This document shows positions 22,655 to 36,941 of a DNA stretch of 52,569 nt, piece by piece (position 1 is the stretch's first letter; every line of letters begins with the position of its first letter). The notes below the pieces were generated by a model, which did not search any database, was not told the origin of the DNA, and saw only the letters and a program-made list of their open reading frames with translations. The stretch covers positions 1-52,569 of the forward strand of contig JACQGO010000133.1 of NCBI GenBank assembly GCA_016199485.1. The letters run 5' to 3'. The stretch comes from Betaproteobacteria bacterium (lineage in GTDB: Bacteria; Pseudomonadota; Gammaproteobacteria; Burkholderiales; SG8-41). The translations under genes and the position numbers were made by a program.

Positions 22655-22845
22655 GCCTCATCCGCGTCTACCAGTGGACGTTAAGCCCGTTCACGGGGCG
22701 CGGCTGCCGGCATTATCCCTCATGCTCGGAATACACTGCGCAGGCCTTGGCCAAGTACGGCGCGTTCAGGGGGGCGTGGCTCGGCGCGAAGCGCATACTG
22801 CGCTGCCACCCGTGGCATCCCGGGGGCTATGACCCGGTACCCTGA
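22636..22845 (+). CDS. yidD: Membrane protein insertion efficiency factor YidD
   Basis: 69 aa. Contains LIRVYQWTLSP...CRHYPSCSEY. Overlaps the rnpA 3' end by 19 nt. Confidence 0.93.
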   Translation: MARFLIGLIRVYQWTLSPFTGRGCRHYPSCSEYTAQALAKYGAFRGAWLGAKRILRCHPWHPGGYDPVP

Positions 22846-22856
22846 CGAAACCACAG

Positions 22857-24524
22857 ATGGACACGCAGCGACTAATCCTGTTTTTCATCTTCGCGTTTTC
22901 GGTCTTCCTGCTGCTCGACGCGTGGCAGCGTGACCAACAGCCTGCGCCAGCGGTGGCGCCGGCGAAACCCGGAGCGCAGGAAGGCGCCAAGCCGCCCCAG
23001 CCCGCTGGGCCACCCACGCCCGGGGAGAAACTCGCGGCGACACAGGGCGCGGTACCCCCCGCAACCCCGCGCGTCACGCCACAGGGGGCGCTCGTCACGG
23101 TGGAGACCGACTACCTTGTTGCCGAGGTCGATACTCATGGCGGGGACCTGCGGCGGCTTGAGCTCAAGCACCATCGCGACACCCTCGACAGGAAAAAACG
23201 CTTTGTGCTCTTCGAGCGCGGGCCCGATCACGTCTACGCGGCGCAAGCCGGGCTGATCGGCGGCAACCTTCCGAACCATCGCACCGTCTTCACCCTGGAG
23301 CGCACTGCGTACGACTTGCCCGACGGCGCGGATCAAGTCGAAGTGGGGCTCGTCGCCCCAATGGTAGATGGGGTGGTGGTGAGAAAAGTGTTCCGTTTCC
23401 ACCGCGCGAGCTACCTCATCGACGTCGGCTTTGAGATCGCCAATCGCGGCTCCGCGGCACTTCAGCCTTTTGCGTACTTTCAGCTGTTGCGCGATGGCAA
23501 GCCGCCGGCGGGGGACTCGGCGATGGTGCCGACGTATACCGGCGCGGCGATCTATACCGACAAGGAGAAGTTTCAGAAGATTGCCTTCAGCGACCTCGAC
23601 AAAGGCAAGACGCAGTTTCCGCAGAACAGCCAGGACGGCTGGATCGCAATGCTGCAGCATTACTTCTTCAGCGCGTGGCTGCCGGCCGGAGACACGCCGC
23701 GCGAGTTTTACGCGAAGCGCCTCGAGGAGAATCTATACACCGTCGGAATCATCGTGCCGGTGGAGAGTGCGGCGCCGGGGGCGACAACCAAAGTGTACAT
23801 GCCGCTCTACGCCGGGCCGCAAGAGCAGGATAAACTCGCGAAGCTCGCGCCGGGGCTCGATCTGACAGTCGACTACGGGTGGCTCACGGTGATCGCGGTG
23901 CCGCTGTTCTGGGTGCTCGCGTGGCTCCACCATTGGGTAGGAAACTGGGGCGTCGCGATCATCGCGCTTACGGTGATTATCAAGCTCTTGTTTTACCCGC
24001 TGTCAGCAGCGAGCTACCGCTCGATGGCGAAAATGCGGGTACTCGCGCCCAAGCTGCAGAAGCTCAAGGAACAGCACGGCGATGACCGCCAGCGGCTGCA
24101 GCAAGCGATGATGGAGCTTTACAAGACTGAGAAGATCAACCCGCTGGGCGGGTGTATGCCTATCGTAGTGCAAATACCTGTTTTTATTGCTCTTTATTGG
24201 GTCCTGCTGGCGAGCGTGGAACTGCGCCACGCACCCTTTGTGCTGTGGATAGACGACCTCGCCGCACCGGATCCGTACTTCGTGTTGCCGATCCTGATGG
24301 GGGCGACAATGATCGTGCAGACATGGCTCAGCCCCGAGCCGCCGGACCCGGTGCAAGCCAAGGTGATGAAGATCATGCCGGTTGTTTTTAGCATCTTCTT
24401 TTTCTTCTTCGCGGCGGGGCTCGTGCTGTACTGGCTCGTGAACAACATTCTGTCGATCGCCCAGCAGTGGCAAATCACCCGCGCCTTGGAGCGCGCCGGG
24501 CTCGGCGCGTCGCGTAAGGCCTGA
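22857..24524 (+). CDS. yidC: Membrane protein insertase YidC
   Basis: 555 aa. Has an N-terminal TM segment, a large periplasmic domain, and a C-terminal 60 kDa insertase core (GWLTVIAVPLFWVL...PLGGCMPIVVQIPVFIALY). Confidence 0.96.
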   Translation: MDTQRLILFFIFAFSVFLLLDAWQRDQQPAPAVAPAKPGAQEGAKPPQPAGPPTPGEKLAATQGAVPPATPRVTPQGALVTVETDYLVAEVDTHGGDLRRLELKHHRDTLDRKKRFVLFERGPDHVYAAQAGLIGGNLPNHRTVFTLERTAYDLPDGADQVEVGLVAPMVDGVVVRKVFRFHRASYLIDVGFEIANRGSAALQPFAYFQLLRDGKPPAGDSAMVPTYTGAAIYTDKEKFQKIAFSDLDKGKTQFPQNSQDGWIAMLQHYFFSAWLPAGDTPREFYAKRLEENLYTVGIIVPVESAAPGATTKVYMPLYAGPQEQDKLAKLAPGLDLTVDYGWLTVIAVPLFWVLAWLHHWVGNWGVAIIALTVIIKLLFYPLSAASYRSMAKMRVLAPKLQKLKEQHGDDRQRLQQAMMELYKTEKINPLGGCMPIVVQIPVFIALYWVLLASVELRHAPFVLWIDDLAAPDPYFVLPILMGATMIVQTWLSPEPPDPVQAKVMKIMPVVFSIFFFFFAAGLVLYWLVNNILSIAQQWQITRALERAGLGASRKA

Positions 24525-24592
24525 AGGGAATGCGTCGCGCCGGCCCCCCGGCAGCGCCGCCACGGAAGCACGGGTAACGCAACGTGGCACTC

Positions 24593-25930
24593 ATGGCGAC
24601 GGACGTCATCGCGGCAATCGCGACGCCGCCCGGGCGGGGCGGCATCGGGGTGGTGCGGGTTTCCGGATCCAATCTCCGCGGCCTCGTCGAAACCCTCGTC
24701 AACAAGCCGTTGCCGCCCCGGCGCGCGGTGCTGTGCGAATTTGCGGGCGCCGATGGCGCAGTGATCGATCAGGGCATCGCGCTCTATTTCGCTGCGCCGC
24801 ACTCATACACCGGCGAGGACGTGCTCGAGCTGCACGGGCACGGCGGCCCGCTCGTGATGCAGCTCATACTGCGCCGCTGCCTCGAGCTGGGGGCGCGTGT
24901 CGCGGAGCCGGGGGAGTTTACCAAACGCGCCTTCCTGAACGACAAGCTCGATCTTGCGCAGGCCGAGAGCATCGCCGACTTGATCGATGCGACCACGGCC
25001 GAAGCTGCACGCTGCGCGCTGCGTTCCCTCCAGGGAGAGTTTTCAACCGCGATCCAAGAGCTGGTGAGGGCGCTCACCGACCTACGCTTGCTGGTCGAGG
25101 CAACGCTCGACTTTCCGGAGGAGGATATCGAGTTTTTGCAGCAAGCGAATGCGCTCGGCAGGCTGCAGGGAGTGCGCGCAAAGCTCGTGCAACTGCTCGC
25201 CGCTTCGCAGCAGGGCAGCCTGCTGCGGGAGGGCATGCATGTCGTGCTCGCGGGCCAGCCCAACGTCGGCAAATCAAGCCTGCTTAACCGGATGGCCGGG
25301 GAGGAGCTGGCTATCGTCACGGAGATCCCCGGCACCACCCGCGACGCGATCCGTCAGACGATTAACGTGCACGGCGTGCCGGTGCGCGTGATCGATACCG
25401 CAGGGCTGCGCGACCCGCGGGACCCGGTCGAGAAGATCGGGGTCCAGCGCACCTGGCAGGCGATAGAGAAGGCGGATCTTGTCGTCTTGCTCCTCGACTG
25501 CACCTGCGGGGAGACGCGAGAGGACCGGGCGATCCTCGAGCGGCTGCCGGCCGCGTTGCCGCGGCTGAAGGTTTTCAACAAGATCGATTTGGTCGACGGC
25601 GCGCCGCACCGCGCCGTGCGCGAAGGCTTCGAGGAAGTGTGGCTCTCCGCGAAGACCGGAGCGGGAGTGGAGCTACTGCGCGCGGCGTTGCTTGAGGCGG
25701 TTGGTTGGCGCACGGCCGGGGAGGGTTTATTCATGGCGCGGGAGCGCCACCTGAACGCGCTCAGGGTGGCGGCCGGGCATCTCGCGCACGCCGCCGAGAA
25801 GGAGCGGCAGCTAGAATTCTTCGCGGAGGAGCTGAGACTTGCTCGGGACGCGCTTTGTGCCATCACCGGCGAGTTCACCTCGGACGATCTGCTGGGAGAA
25901 ATCTTCTCGCGCTTTTGCATCGGTAAGTGA
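24593..25930 (+). CDS. mnmE: tRNA modification GTPase MnmE
   Basis: The track ORF starts at the GTG at 24584. The ATG at 24593 gives [25 protein letters not shown]. Contains the G1 motif [12 protein letters not shown] and the C-terminal CIGK. Confidence 0.95.
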   Translation: MATDVIAAIATPPGRGGIGVVRVSGSNLRGLVETLVNKPLPPRRAVLCEFAGADGAVIDQGIALYFAAPHSYTGEDVLELHGHGGPLVMQLILRRCLELGARVAEPGEFTKRAFLNDKLDLAQAESIADLIDATTAEAARCALRSLQGEFSTAIQELVRALTDLRLLVEATLDFPEEDIEFLQQANALGRLQGVRAKLVQLLAASQQGSLLREGMHVVLAGQPNVGKSSLLNRMAGEELAIVTEIPGTTRDAIRQTINVHGVPVRVIDTAGLRDPRDPVEKIGVQRTWQAIEKADLVVLLLDCTCGETREDRAILERLPAALPRLKVFNKIDLVDGAPHRAVREGFEEVWLSAKTGAGVELLRAALLEAVGWRTAGEGLFMARERHLNALRVAAGHLAHAAEKERQLEFFAEELRLARDALCAITGEFTSDDLLGEIFSRFCIGK

Positions 25931-25963
25931 TCGCTACTGCGGAGGCTGCCGATCCGCAGCGGG

Positions 25964-25979
25964 TGTTCCACGTGAAACA
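25964..25979. promoter_or_regulatory. parS centromere-like site, exact match to the TGTTNCACGTGAAACA consensus
   Basis: Reads TGTTCCACGTGAAACA, identical to the classical Bacillus spo0J-type parS 16-mer. It lies in the mnmE-mnmG spacer, about 2.8 kb upstream of parA-parB. Confidence 0.8.
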
Positions 25980-26101
25980 TCGCGGGCGCAGGCACGCTGC
26001 GGCGCAACAAAACCATCGATACCCTGCGTTTTGCAAGCAACCCGATAAGGCGGACACTCAGCGCATTCCGTGAAGTGAAAAGCAGGCCGCCGGCGTCGAG
26101 C

Positions 26102-26117
26102 GGTTCCACGTGGAACG
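26102..26117. promoter_or_regulatory. parS-like site, symmetric variant
   Basis: Reads GGTTCCACGTGGAACG. The inner 14 bp, GTTCCACGTGGAAC, form a perfect palindrome made of two GTTCCAC half-sites. It has 3 mismatches to the 16-mer consensus. Confidence 0.6.
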
Positions 26118-26189
26118 AACGATCGCGAAGCTGTTCAGATAGCCTGTCGTTTGCGGTATGATTGCGGTTTGACGTGGGAGCGCGCGGGC

Positions 26190-28136
26190 GTGCATCACCC
26201 TGAAAAGTTTGACGTTATTGTCGTAGGCGGAGGGCACGCCGGTACCGAGGCGGCGCTTGCCGCGGCGCGCATCGGGTGCAATACGCTGCTGCTCACGCAC
26301 AACATCGAAACCCTGGGGCAGATGTCGTGCAACCCGTCAATTGGCGGCATAGGAAAGGGACACCTCGTCAAGGAAATCGACGCGCTAGGCGGCGCGATGG
26401 CAGCGGCAACCGACGAGGCCGGCATACAGTTTCGGGTCCTCAATTTACGCAAGGGTCCGGCGGTGCGCGCTACCCGCGCGCAGGCCGACCGCCTGCTGTA
26501 CAAAAAAGCGATCCGCGGCCGGCTCGAAAACCAGCCCGGCCTGCAGATATTCCAGCAGGCGGTCGACGACCTCTCGCTCGAAGGCGAGCGCGTGACCGGG
26601 GTCGTGACCAGCATCGGCATCCGGTTTTCGGCGCGCGCCGTGGTGCTGACCACGGGGACGTTCCTGTCCGGCCTGATCCACGTGGGCTTGAAGAATTATC
26701 AGGCGGGGCGTGCGGGAGACCCGCCCGCAGCACGCCTCGCGCACCGGCTGCGTGATCTGAAGCTTCCGGCGGGCAGGCTGAAGACCGGCACGCCCCCGCG
26801 CCTCGACGGGCGAACCATCGATTTCTCGGTGATGGCCGAGCAGCCGGGCGACGAGCCAACGCCGGTGTTTTCGTTCCTGGGCACCCGCGAGCAGCACCCA
26901 CGGCAGGTGCCGTGCTGGATCACGCATACCAACGAGCGCACGCACGAAATCATTCGCGGCGGCCTCGACCGCTCGCCCATCTATACCGGCGTCATAGAAG
27001 GGGTGGGCCCGCGCTACTGCCCGTCGATCGAGGACAAGGTGGTGCGCTTCGCGGCGAAGAACTCGCACCAGACCTTCCTCGAGCCGGAAGGGCTGGCGGT
27101 CAACGAGTATTATCCCAATGGCATAGCGACCAGTCTCCCGTTCGACGTGCAATATGCGCTGGTGCGTTCGATCAAGGGACTTGAAGGCGCGCACATCACG
27201 CGACCCGGGTACGCGATCGAGTACGACTATTTCGATCCGCGCGGCCTGCAGAGCTCGCTCGAAACCAAGGCGATCCACGGACTGTTCTTCGCCGGCCAGA
27301 TCAACGGCACCACCGGCTACGAAGAGGCGGCCGCCCAGGGGCTGCTCGCGGGCATCAACGCCGCGCTGTTCGTCGCGGAGCGCGAGCCGTGGTGCCCGCG
27401 CCGCGATCAGGCCTACATCGGGGTGCTGGTCGACGATTTGATTACGCGCGGGGTGTCCGAGCCCTACCGCATGTTCACGAGCCGCGCCGAATACCGCCTG
27501 AGCCTGCGCGAGGACAATGCCGATCTCCGGCTCACCGAGACCGGCCGGCGGCTCGGCGTGGTGGACGACCGGCGCTGGGAGGCGTTCCGTCGCAAGCGCG
27601 AGGCGGTCGCGCGCGAGCAGGGGAGGCTCGGGGCGACCTGGCTCAACCCGCGGCTGCTCGCGCCGGAGGACGCGGCGCGGGTGCTCGGGCAGCCGCTCGA
27701 ACGCGACTGCTCGCTCGCCGAGCTGCTGCGCCGGCCGGATGTCACCTACGCGGCTCTGATGACGCTGCCCGGCGCCGGGCCCGGCGTCGACGATGCCCGG
27801 ATCGCTGAGCAGGTCGAGACCCAGGCGAAGTACCAGGGGTACATCGAACGCCAGCAGCAAGAGATCGCGCGCCGCGAGCAGTACGAGTATACGCGGCTGC
27901 CGCAGGACATCGACTACGCCAGCCTGCGCGGGCTTTCGCTCGAGGTCCGGCAGAAGCTCGATGAGCACCGGCCGGAGACCATAGGCCAAGCGGCGCGCAT
28001 CTCGGGGGTCACCCCCGCGGCGATCTCGGTGTTGCTCGTGCATTTGAAGAAACGCGGTTTTGCGGGCGCGCGCGCTGGCGCGGCAGGGGACAGGCTCCCG
28101 GCGTCGGATTCGACCGTCACGAAGAAGACGGCATGA
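26190..28136 (+). CDS. mnmG: tRNA uridine 5-carboxymethylaminomethyl modification enzyme MnmG (GidA)
   Basis: The track ORF starts at the TTG at 26151. The GTG at 26190 gives (M)[21 protein letters not shown], the usual distance from the FAD motif. The stop overlaps the rsmG start as ATGA. Confidence 0.95.
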   Translation: MHHPEKFDVIVVGGGHAGTEAALAAARIGCNTLLLTHNIETLGQMSCNPSIGGIGKGHLVKEIDALGGAMAAATDEAGIQFRVLNLRKGPAVRATRAQADRLLYKKAIRGRLENQPGLQIFQQAVDDLSLEGERVTGVVTSIGIRFSARAVVLTTGTFLSGLIHVGLKNYQAGRAGDPPAARLAHRLRDLKLPAGRLKTGTPPRLDGRTIDFSVMAEQPGDEPTPVFSFLGTREQHPRQVPCWITHTNERTHEIIRGGLDRSPIYTGVIEGVGPRYCPSIEDKVVRFAAKNSHQTFLEPEGLAVNEYYPNGIATSLPFDVQYALVRSIKGLEGAHITRPGYAIEYDYFDPRGLQSSLETKAIHGLFFAGQINGTTGYEEAAAQGLLAGINAALFVAEREPWCPRRDQAYIGVLVDDLITRGVSEPYRMFTSRAEYRLSLREDNADLRLTETGRRLGVVDDRRWEAFRRKREAVAREQGRLGATWLNPRLLAPEDAARVLGQPLERDCSLAELLRRPDVTYAALMTLPGAGPGVDDARIAEQVETQAKYQGYIERQQQEIARREQYEYTRLPQDIDYASLRGLSLEVRQKLDEHRPETIGQAARISGVTPAAISVLLVHLKKRGFAGARAGAAGDRLPASDSTVTKKTA

Positions 28137-28756
28137 GCCTCGCCGAGAAGCTCGCGCTCGGGCTCGTCGCGCTCGGGCTGGAGCTTCCTCATCCGACGCG
28201 CGAGCGCCTGCTCGAGTACCTCGCGTTGCTCCACAAATGGAACAGCGTCTATAACCTGACTGCAGTGCGCGAAAAGGAGAAGATGGTTGCGCAGCACCTG
28301 CTCGATTGCCTCGCGGTCTCCCCGCACCTCGACGGGCGCACGGTGGTCGACGTGGGCAGCGGCGCCGGGCTGCCCGGCATTCCGCTCGCGCTGGCGCGCC
28401 CTGAGCGGCGCGTTACGCTGCTCGAAGCGGGTCATAAGAAGGCAGCGTTTCTCCGACAGGCGGTGATCGAGCTCGAGCTCAAGAACGCCACCGTGGTGTG
28501 CGATCGGGTGGAGAAATGGCGGCCCGCGGCGCAGTTCGATGTCGTCATCTCGCGTGCGTTCTCCGACCTCGCGGAATTCGTGGCGCTCGCCGGCCACCTG
28601 CGCGCGCGCGATGGCGTGATCGCCGCGATGAAAGGCGTTTACCCCTACGAGGAACTCGCGCAGGTACCGCGTGGGTTCGGCGTGCGCGGCGTTATCCCGC
28701 TGAAGGTCCCCGGGCTGCGCCGCGAAAGACACCTCGTCCTGCTGCAACCCGGCTAG
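28133..28756 (+). CDS. rsmG: 16S rRNA (guanine527-N7)-methyltransferase RsmG (GidB)
   Basis: 207 aa. Contains the SAM motif [16 protein letters not shown]. Confidence 0.95.
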   Translation: MSLAEKLALGLVALGLELPHPTRERLLEYLALLHKWNSVYNLTAVREKEKMVAQHLLDCLAVSPHLDGRTVVDVGSGAGLPGIPLALARPERRVTLLEAGHKKAAFLRQAVIELELKNATVVCDRVEKWRPAAQFDVVISRAFSDLAEFVALAGHLRARDGVIAAMKGVYPYEELAQVPRGFGVRGVIPLKVPGLRRERHLVLLQPG

Positions 28757-28763
28757 ATCGGGC

Positions 28764-29537
28764 ATGGCCAAGATCCTCGCGATCACAAACCAGAAAGGCG
28801 GCGTCGGCAAGACGACCACCGGCGTCAACCTTGCGGCAAGCCTCGCCACGGCGTGCCAACGCGTGCTGCTCGTCGACCTCGATCCGCAGGGCAACGCCAC
28901 GATGGGAAGCGGCGTCGACAAGCGCGCGCTTTCCACGACCGTGTACCAGGTGCTGCTTGGCGCCAAAGCCGCCGCGGACGTGCGGACGCACGCTGCTGAA
29001 GGGGGTTACCACCTGATCCCGGCGAACCGCGAGCTCGCGGGCGCGGAGGTCGAGATGGTCGAGCTCGACCGGCGCGAAATGCGGCTCAAGGAGGCGCTCG
29101 CGGCGATCGAGGGCGACTACGATTACGTGCTCATCGACTGTCCCCCGGCGTTGAACCTGCTCACTGTAAACGGTCTTACGGCCGCGCACGCGGTGATGAT
29201 ACCGATGCAGTGCGAGTACTACGCGCTCGAGGGCCTGAGCGACCTCGTGCAGACGATCAAGAGGGTGCGGGTGCATCTCAACCCCGCGCTGCAGATCGAG
29301 GGGCTGCTGCGCACCATGTACGACCCGCGCAACACGCTCGCACAGCAGGTGTCCGCGCAGCTTCTCGCGCACTTCGGCGACAAGGTCTACCGCACCGTGA
29401 TCCCGCGCAACGTGCGGCTCGCGGAAGCGCCGAGCTACGGCGTCCCGGCGCTCAAATTCGACAAGCATTCAAAGGGCGCGCAGGCCTACCTCGCGCTCGC
29501 CGGCGAGATGCTGAACAGGGCCGCCCAGCCGGCGTAA
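28764..29537 (+). CDS. parA: Chromosome partitioning ATPase ParA (Soj)
   Basis: 257 aa. Contains the deviant Walker A ITNQKGGVGKTTT. Confidence 0.96.
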   Translation: MAKILAITNQKGGVGKTTTGVNLAASLATACQRVLLVDLDPQGNATMGSGVDKRALSTTVYQVLLGAKAAADVRTHAAEGGYHLIPANRELAGAEVEMVELDRREMRLKEALAAIEGDYDYVLIDCPPALNLLTVNGLTAAHAVMIPMQCEYYALEGLSDLVQTIKRVRVHLNPALQIEGLLRTMYDPRNTLAQQVSAQLLAHFGDKVYRTVIPRNVRLAEAPSYGVPALKFDKHSKGAQAYLALAGEMLNRAAQPA

Positions 29538-29547
29538 GGGAGGACGC

Positions 29548-30390
29548 GTGGCGAAACTCAAGGGCTTGGGTAGAGGACTGGACGCGTTGCTCGGGACGGA
29601 CGGGTTGCCGGCTGCGGGTGACGCGCTGCTCAACCTCGGCGTGGAGGCGCTGCAGCCGGGGAGATACCAGCCGCGTGCGCGTATCGAGCAGGCGGCGCTC
29701 GCCGAACTCGCCGAATCGATCCGCGCGCAAGGCGTGATGCAGCCCATCCTCGTGCGGCCGCTCGCGACCGGGCGCTACGAGATCGTCGCGGGCGAGCGGC
29801 GCTGGCGCGCCGCGCGGCTCGCGGGGCTTGCAACCATTCCTGCGCTGGTGCGCGAGGTGCCGGACAAGCAGGCGCTCGCGATCGCGCTCATCGAGAACAT
29901 CCAGCGCGAGGACCTCAATCCGCTCGATCAGGCTGCCGGCGTTCAGCGGCTGATCCAGGAGTTCGGCATGACGCACCAGAGCGCCGCGGAAGCGCTCGGC
30001 CGCGCGCGCTCGAGCATCACCAACCTGCTGCGCCTGCTCGAACTCGCGCCGCCGGTGCGCGAGCTGCTGCAGCAGGGGCGACTGGAGATGGGACACGCGC
30101 GCGCGCTGCTTGCCCTGCCAGCGGCGCGGCAGACCGAGGTCGCGCAGCGGGTTGCGGCGCGCGGCCTGTCGGTGCGCGAGACCGAGCGCCTGGTCGCCCG
30201 CGCGCCCGGCAAAAGCGAGACCCTCAAGCGCCCGAAAGCCGATCGCGACGTGCTCCGGCTCGAGGAAGAACTGTCGCAACGGCTCGGCACCACGGTGAGA
30301 ATCAGGGCCGGCGCAAAGAAAGGCAGCGGCAAGCTCGTCATCAGTTACCGCACCCTCGACCAGCTCGAGGCGATACTTGCCCGCCTGTGA
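29548..30390 (+). CDS. parB: Chromosome partitioning protein ParB (Spo0J)
   Basis: 280 aa. Contains the ParB box [19 protein letters not shown], and an HTH region. Confidence 0.96.
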   Translation: MAKLKGLGRGLDALLGTDGLPAAGDALLNLGVEALQPGRYQPRARIEQAALAELAESIRAQGVMQPILVRPLATGRYEIVAGERRWRAARLAGLATIPALVREVPDKQALAIALIENIQREDLNPLDQAAGVQRLIQEFGMTHQSAAEALGRARSSITNLLRLLELAPPVRELLQQGRLEMGHARALLALPAARQTEVAQRVAARGLSVRETERLVARAPGKSETLKRPKADRDVLRLEEELSQRLGTTVRIRAGAKKGSGKLVISYRTLDQLEAILARL

Positions 30391-30508
30391 TCGGTGCAAT
30401 CGGCGGATGGCGATAGCAAGGCGAGGGGCTTCTGCACGACTCTGCCGCGCGGCCGCGCGACGCGTTCCCTGGCGTCGCGAAGCGGTACCACACGCGGGCT
30501 CACGGCGG

Positions 30509-30537
30509 TTGCTTGATGCAGGACGATGGCGTAGAAT
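30509..30537 (+). promoter_or_regulatory. Putative sigma70 promoter of the atp operon
   Basis: TTGCTT (30509-30514), a 17-nt spacer, then TAGAAT (30532-30537). It lies 60 nt upstream of atpI. Confidence 0.45.
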
Positions 30538-30598
30538 TTGCAGTCTTTTTTTACGGCGGGTTACTGGGAGCGACGCGCGGCGCGAGGGCTGACGAGCT

Positions 30599-32049
<1,451 letters not shown>

Positions 32050-32078
32050 GCACCCGCGTTCCGGCAAGGAGAACGAAC

Positions 32079-32549
32079 GTGAACATCAATGTATCGCTGA
32101 TCGGGCAGATGGTCACCTTCATTCTGCTCGTCGCTTTCACGATGAGGTTCGTCTGGCCGCACCTGAGGAAGGCGCTCGACGACCGCGCCCGGACGATCGC
32201 CGACGGGCTCGCCGCGGCCGAGCGCGGCAGGCAGGATCTCGAGCTCGCGGCCAGGCGCGCCGCGGACATCCTGCGCGAAGCGAAACAGCAGGCGCAGGAA
32301 GTCATCGCGCACGCGGACAGGCGCGCGGCGCAGATCGTCGAAGAAGCCAAGGGTGCTGCCAAGACGGAGGGCGAGCGCATCCTCGCCGGCGCCAAGGCCG
32401 AAATCGAGCAGGAAGTTTTCCGCGCCAAGGAAATGCTGCGCGCGCAGGTCGCGCTGCTGGCGGTGGCCGGCGCCGAGAAGATCCTGCGGCGCGAGGTCGA
32501 CGCCAAGGCGCACGCGGACCTGCTGAACGCCATCCAGGCGCAGCTCTAG
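32079..32549 (+). CDS. atpF: F0F1 ATP synthase subunit b
   Basis: 156 aa. Has an N-terminal TM segment followed by a long charged helix. Position in the operon fits. Confidence 0.92.
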   Translation: MNINVSLIGQMVTFILLVAFTMRFVWPHLRKALDDRARTIADGLAAAERGRQDLELAARRAADILREAKQQAQEVIAHADRRAAQIVEEAKGAAKTEGERILAGAKAEIEQEVFRAKEMLRAQVALLAVAGAEKILRREVDAKAHADLLNAIQAQL

Positions 32550-32558
32550 GGCGCATCC

Positions 32559-33095
32559 ATGGCGGAAGCAATCACCGTCGCCCGTCCCTACGCCGAGGCG
32601 GTGTTCAAGCTCGCGAAGGAGCAACGTGAGCTTGATCGCTGGTCGGCCATGCTGGCGCTCATGGAGACGGTCGCGGCTGACTCCACGATGCGCGCGCTGA
32701 CCGGCAACCCCGCGGTGAGCGCGCGCGAAGTCGAGAGCCTGTTCCTCGCGGTGTGCGGCGACGGACTCGACGGCGCGGGCAGAAATCTCGTCCAGGTGCT
32801 GGTGGAAAACCGGCGCCTCGGCGTCGTTGCCGAGATCCGCCGGGTGTTCGAGCAGCTCAAGGCCGAGCACGAGAGCGTGGTGGAAGCGAAGATCTACTCC
32901 GCGTTTCCGCTGAGCGAAGAGCAGCTGAAGCTGCTCACCGGGCGGCTGGAGGCGAAGTACCAGCGCCGGGTCACCGCGCGGGTCGCGGTGGACCCGCAGT
33001 TGATCGGCGGCGTGAGGGTCGTGGTCGGCGACCAGGTGCTGGACGCAACGGTGCGCGGGCAACTCGAGGCGATGGCCGCCGCCCTCAGTCGTTAG
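32559..33095 (+). CDS. atpH: F0F1 ATP synthase subunit delta
   Basis: 178 aa. Starts ARPYAEAVF, the OSCP-type N-terminus. Position in the operon fits. Confidence 0.92.
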   Translation: MAEAITVARPYAEAVFKLAKEQRELDRWSAMLALMETVAADSTMRALTGNPAVSAREVESLFLAVCGDGLDGAGRNLVQVLVENRRLGVVAEIRRVFEQLKAEHESVVEAKIYSAFPLSEEQLKLLTGRLEAKYQRRVTARVAVDPQLIGGVRVVVGDQVLDATVRGQLEAMAAALSR

Positions 33096-33104
33096 GAGCA
33101 AGAG

Positions 33105-34646
33105 ATGCAACTCAATCCTTCTGAAATCAGCGAACTCATCAAGAGCAAGATCGAAAACCTGGCGGCGACGGTCGAGGCGCGCACGCAGGGCACGGTGATC
33201 TCGGTTACCGACGGCATCTGCCGCATTCACGGGCTCGCCGACGTGATGCAGGGCGAAATGATCGAGTTCCCGCGAAGTACCTTCGGGCTCGCGCTCAACC
33301 TCGAGCGCGACTCGGTGGGCGCGGTGGTGATGGGCGACTACGAGCACATCACCGAAGGCGACACGGTGAAGACCACCAGCCGCATCCTCGAGGTGCCGGT
33401 CGGCGACGGGCTGATCGGCCGCGTGGTGAACGCGCTCGGACGGCCGATCGACGGGAAAGGCCCGGTGAAGGCGGCGGCAAGCGACCCCATCGAGAAAATC
33501 GCGCCCGGCGTGATCTGGCGCAAATCGGTGTCCGAACCGGTGCAGACGGGCCTGAAAGCGATCGACTCGATGGTGCCGATCGGCCGCGGGCAGCGCGAGC
33601 TCATCATCGGCGACCGCCAGACCGGCAAGACCGCGGTCGCGGTGGACACCATCATCAACCAGCGCGGCAAGGAGCTCATCTGCATCTACGTCGCGATCGG
33701 CCAGAAGGCCTCCTCGATCGCAAACGTCGTGCGCAAGCTCGAGGAGCACGGCGCCATGGCCTACACCATCGTGGTCGCGGCCCCGGCCTCCGAGTCCGCG
33801 GCGATGCAGTACATCGCGCCCTACGCGGGCTGCACCATGGGCGAATACTTCCGCGACCGCGGCCGCGATGCGCTCATCATCTACGACGACCTCACCAAGC
33901 AGGCGTGGGCCTACCGCCAGATCTCGCTGCTGCTGCGCCGGCCGCCCGGGCGCGAGGCGTATCCGGGGGACGTGTTCTATCTCCACTCGCGGCTCCTCGA
34001 GCGCGCGGCGCGGGTGAGCGAGGCATATGTCGAGCGCTTCACGCAGGGCGCGGTCAAGGGCAGAACGGGAACGCTCACCGCGCTGCCCATCATCGAGACC
34101 CAGGCGGGCGACGTCACCGCGTTCGTGCCGACCAACGTGATCTCGATCACCGACGGGCAGATCTTTCTCGAGACGGACCTGTTCAACGCCGGCATCCGGC
34201 CTGCGATCAACGCCGGCATCTCGGTGTCGCGCGTGGGCGGCGCGGCGCAGACCAAGGTGATCAAGAAACTGGGCGGCGGGGTGCGGCTGGCGCTCGCGCA
34301 GTACCGCGAGCTCGCCGCGTTCGCGCAGTTCGCCTCGGATCTCGACGAGGCGACCCGCAAGCAGCTCGAGCGCGGCCGCATGGTGACCGAGCTCATGAAG
34401 CAGCCGCAGTACTCCCCGCTCTCGGTGGCGGAAATGGCGCTCACGCTGTTCGCAGTCAACCGCGGCTATCTCGACGACGTCGACGTGAAGAGGGCGCTGG
34501 CGTTCGAGCAGGCGCTGCGCGCTTTCATCAAAGCCGGCTACGCGCACATCATGGACAGGATCGAGAGCACCAGGGACCTCGACGCCGAGGGCGAGAAGGC
34601 GCTCGCCGCGGCGATCGAGGAGTTCAAGAAGGGCGGCGCTTACTAG
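33105..34646 (+). CDS. atpA: F0F1 ATP synthase subunit alpha
   Basis: 513 aa. Contains the P-loop GDRQTGKT. Confidence 0.98.
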   Translation: MQLNPSEISELIKSKIENLAATVEARTQGTVISVTDGICRIHGLADVMQGEMIEFPRSTFGLALNLERDSVGAVVMGDYEHITEGDTVKTTSRILEVPVGDGLIGRVVNALGRPIDGKGPVKAAASDPIEKIAPGVIWRKSVSEPVQTGLKAIDSMVPIGRGQRELIIGDRQTGKTAVAVDTIINQRGKELICIYVAIGQKASSIANVVRKLEEHGAMAYTIVVAAPASESAAMQYIAPYAGCTMGEYFRDRGRDALIIYDDLTKQAWAYRQISLLLRRPPGREAYPGDVFYLHSRLLERAARVSEAYVERFTQGAVKGRTGTLTALPIIETQAGDVTAFVPTNVISITDGQIFLETDLFNAGIRPAINAGISVSRVGGAAQTKVIKKLGGGVRLALAQYRELAAFAQFASDLDEATRKQLERGRMVTELMKQPQYSPLSVAEMALTLFAVNRGYLDDVDVKRALAFEQALRAFIKAGYAHIMDRIESTRDLDAEGEKALAAAIEEFKKGGAY

Positions 34647-34657
34647 GAGCCACGCGC

Positions 34658-35521
34658 ATGCCGGGATCGCGCGAGATCCGCAACAAGATCAAGAGCGTGA
34701 GAAACACGCAGAAGATCACCAAGGCGATGGAGATGGTCGCCGCGTCCAAGATGCGCAAGGCGCAGGAGCGCATGCGCACGGCGCGGCCCTACGGCGAGAA
34801 GATCCGCAACGTCGCGGCCCACATGAGCCACGCGAATCCCGAGTACCGGCACCCGTTCCTCATCGAGCGCGATACGGTGAAACGGGTCGGCGTCATCGTG
34901 GTGACTTCCGACAAGGGCCTGTGCGGCGGGCTCAACACCAACGTGCTGCGGCTCGTCCTCGGCAAGGTGAAGGAGTGGGAGGCGGCGGGCGAACAGATCG
35001 AGGCGTGCTGCATCGGCAACAAGGGCCTGGGCTTCATGCACCGCCTCGGCGCCAACGTCGTCTCGCAGGTCATCGGGCTCGGCGACACCCCCCGTCTCGA
35101 CAAACTGATCGGCACGGTGAAGACCATGCTCGACGGCTATATCGAGGACCGTTTCGACCGGCTCATGATCTTCTACACGCGCTTCATCAATACCATGAAG
35201 CAGGAGCCGGTGATCGAGCAACTGTTGCCGCTGTCCGGCGCGAGGCTCGGCACGCCGCAGGGCGTGTGGGACTATATCTACGAGCCCGAGGCGAGGCCGG
35301 TGATCGACGACGTGCTGCGCCGCTACATCGAGGCGCTGGTGTACCAGGCGGTCGCGGAAAACCTCGCCTCGGAGCAGAGCGCGCGCATGGTGGCGATGAA
35401 AGCGGCCTCCGACAACGCGGGCAGCGTGATCGACGAGCTCACGCTGATCTACAACAAGACGCGCCAGGCCTCGATCACCAAGGAGCTTGCGGAGATCGTC
35501 GGCGGCGCCGCGGCGGTTTGA
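34658..35521 (+). CDS. atpG: F0F1 ATP synthase subunit gamma
   Basis: The ATG at 34658 lies inside track ORF 33905-35521. It gives [36 protein letters not shown] (287 aa). The upstream part of that ORF overlaps atpA out of frame. Confidence 0.95.
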   Translation: MPGSREIRNKIKSVRNTQKITKAMEMVAASKMRKAQERMRTARPYGEKIRNVAAHMSHANPEYRHPFLIERDTVKRVGVIVVTSDKGLCGGLNTNVLRLVLGKVKEWEAAGEQIEACCIGNKGLGFMHRLGANVVSQVIGLGDTPRLDKLIGTVKTMLDGYIEDRFDRLMIFYTRFINTMKQEPVIEQLLPLSGARLGTPQGVWDYIYEPEARPVIDDVLRRYIEALVYQAVAENLASEQSARMVAMKAASDNAGSVIDELTLIYNKTRQASITKELAEIVGGAAAV

Positions 35522-35543
35522 AAGACATTCCGGTTTTGACTAG

Positions 35544-36932
<1,389 letters not shown>

Positions 36933-36941
36933 GGAGCACCC

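Noticed and set aside
24585-24590. TGGCAC as a sigma54 -24 element near the mnmE start
   Set aside because: No GC dinucleotide or TTGC lies at the required -12 spacing. The motif overlaps the mnmE start region.
26675-26690. Additional parS candidates at other CACGTG sites, for example TGATCCACGTGGGCTT inside mnmG
   Set aside because: Only one half-site resembles parS and the other half is unrelated. The other CACGTG occurrences I checked (about 7947, 12870, 40746, 41825, 42173) have no matching flanks.
33905-34657. Upstream extension of the atpG frame (track ORF 33905-35521)
   Set aside because: It is out of frame and overlaps atpA. The canonical gamma-subunit N-terminus starts at the ATG at 34658, after the atpA stop.
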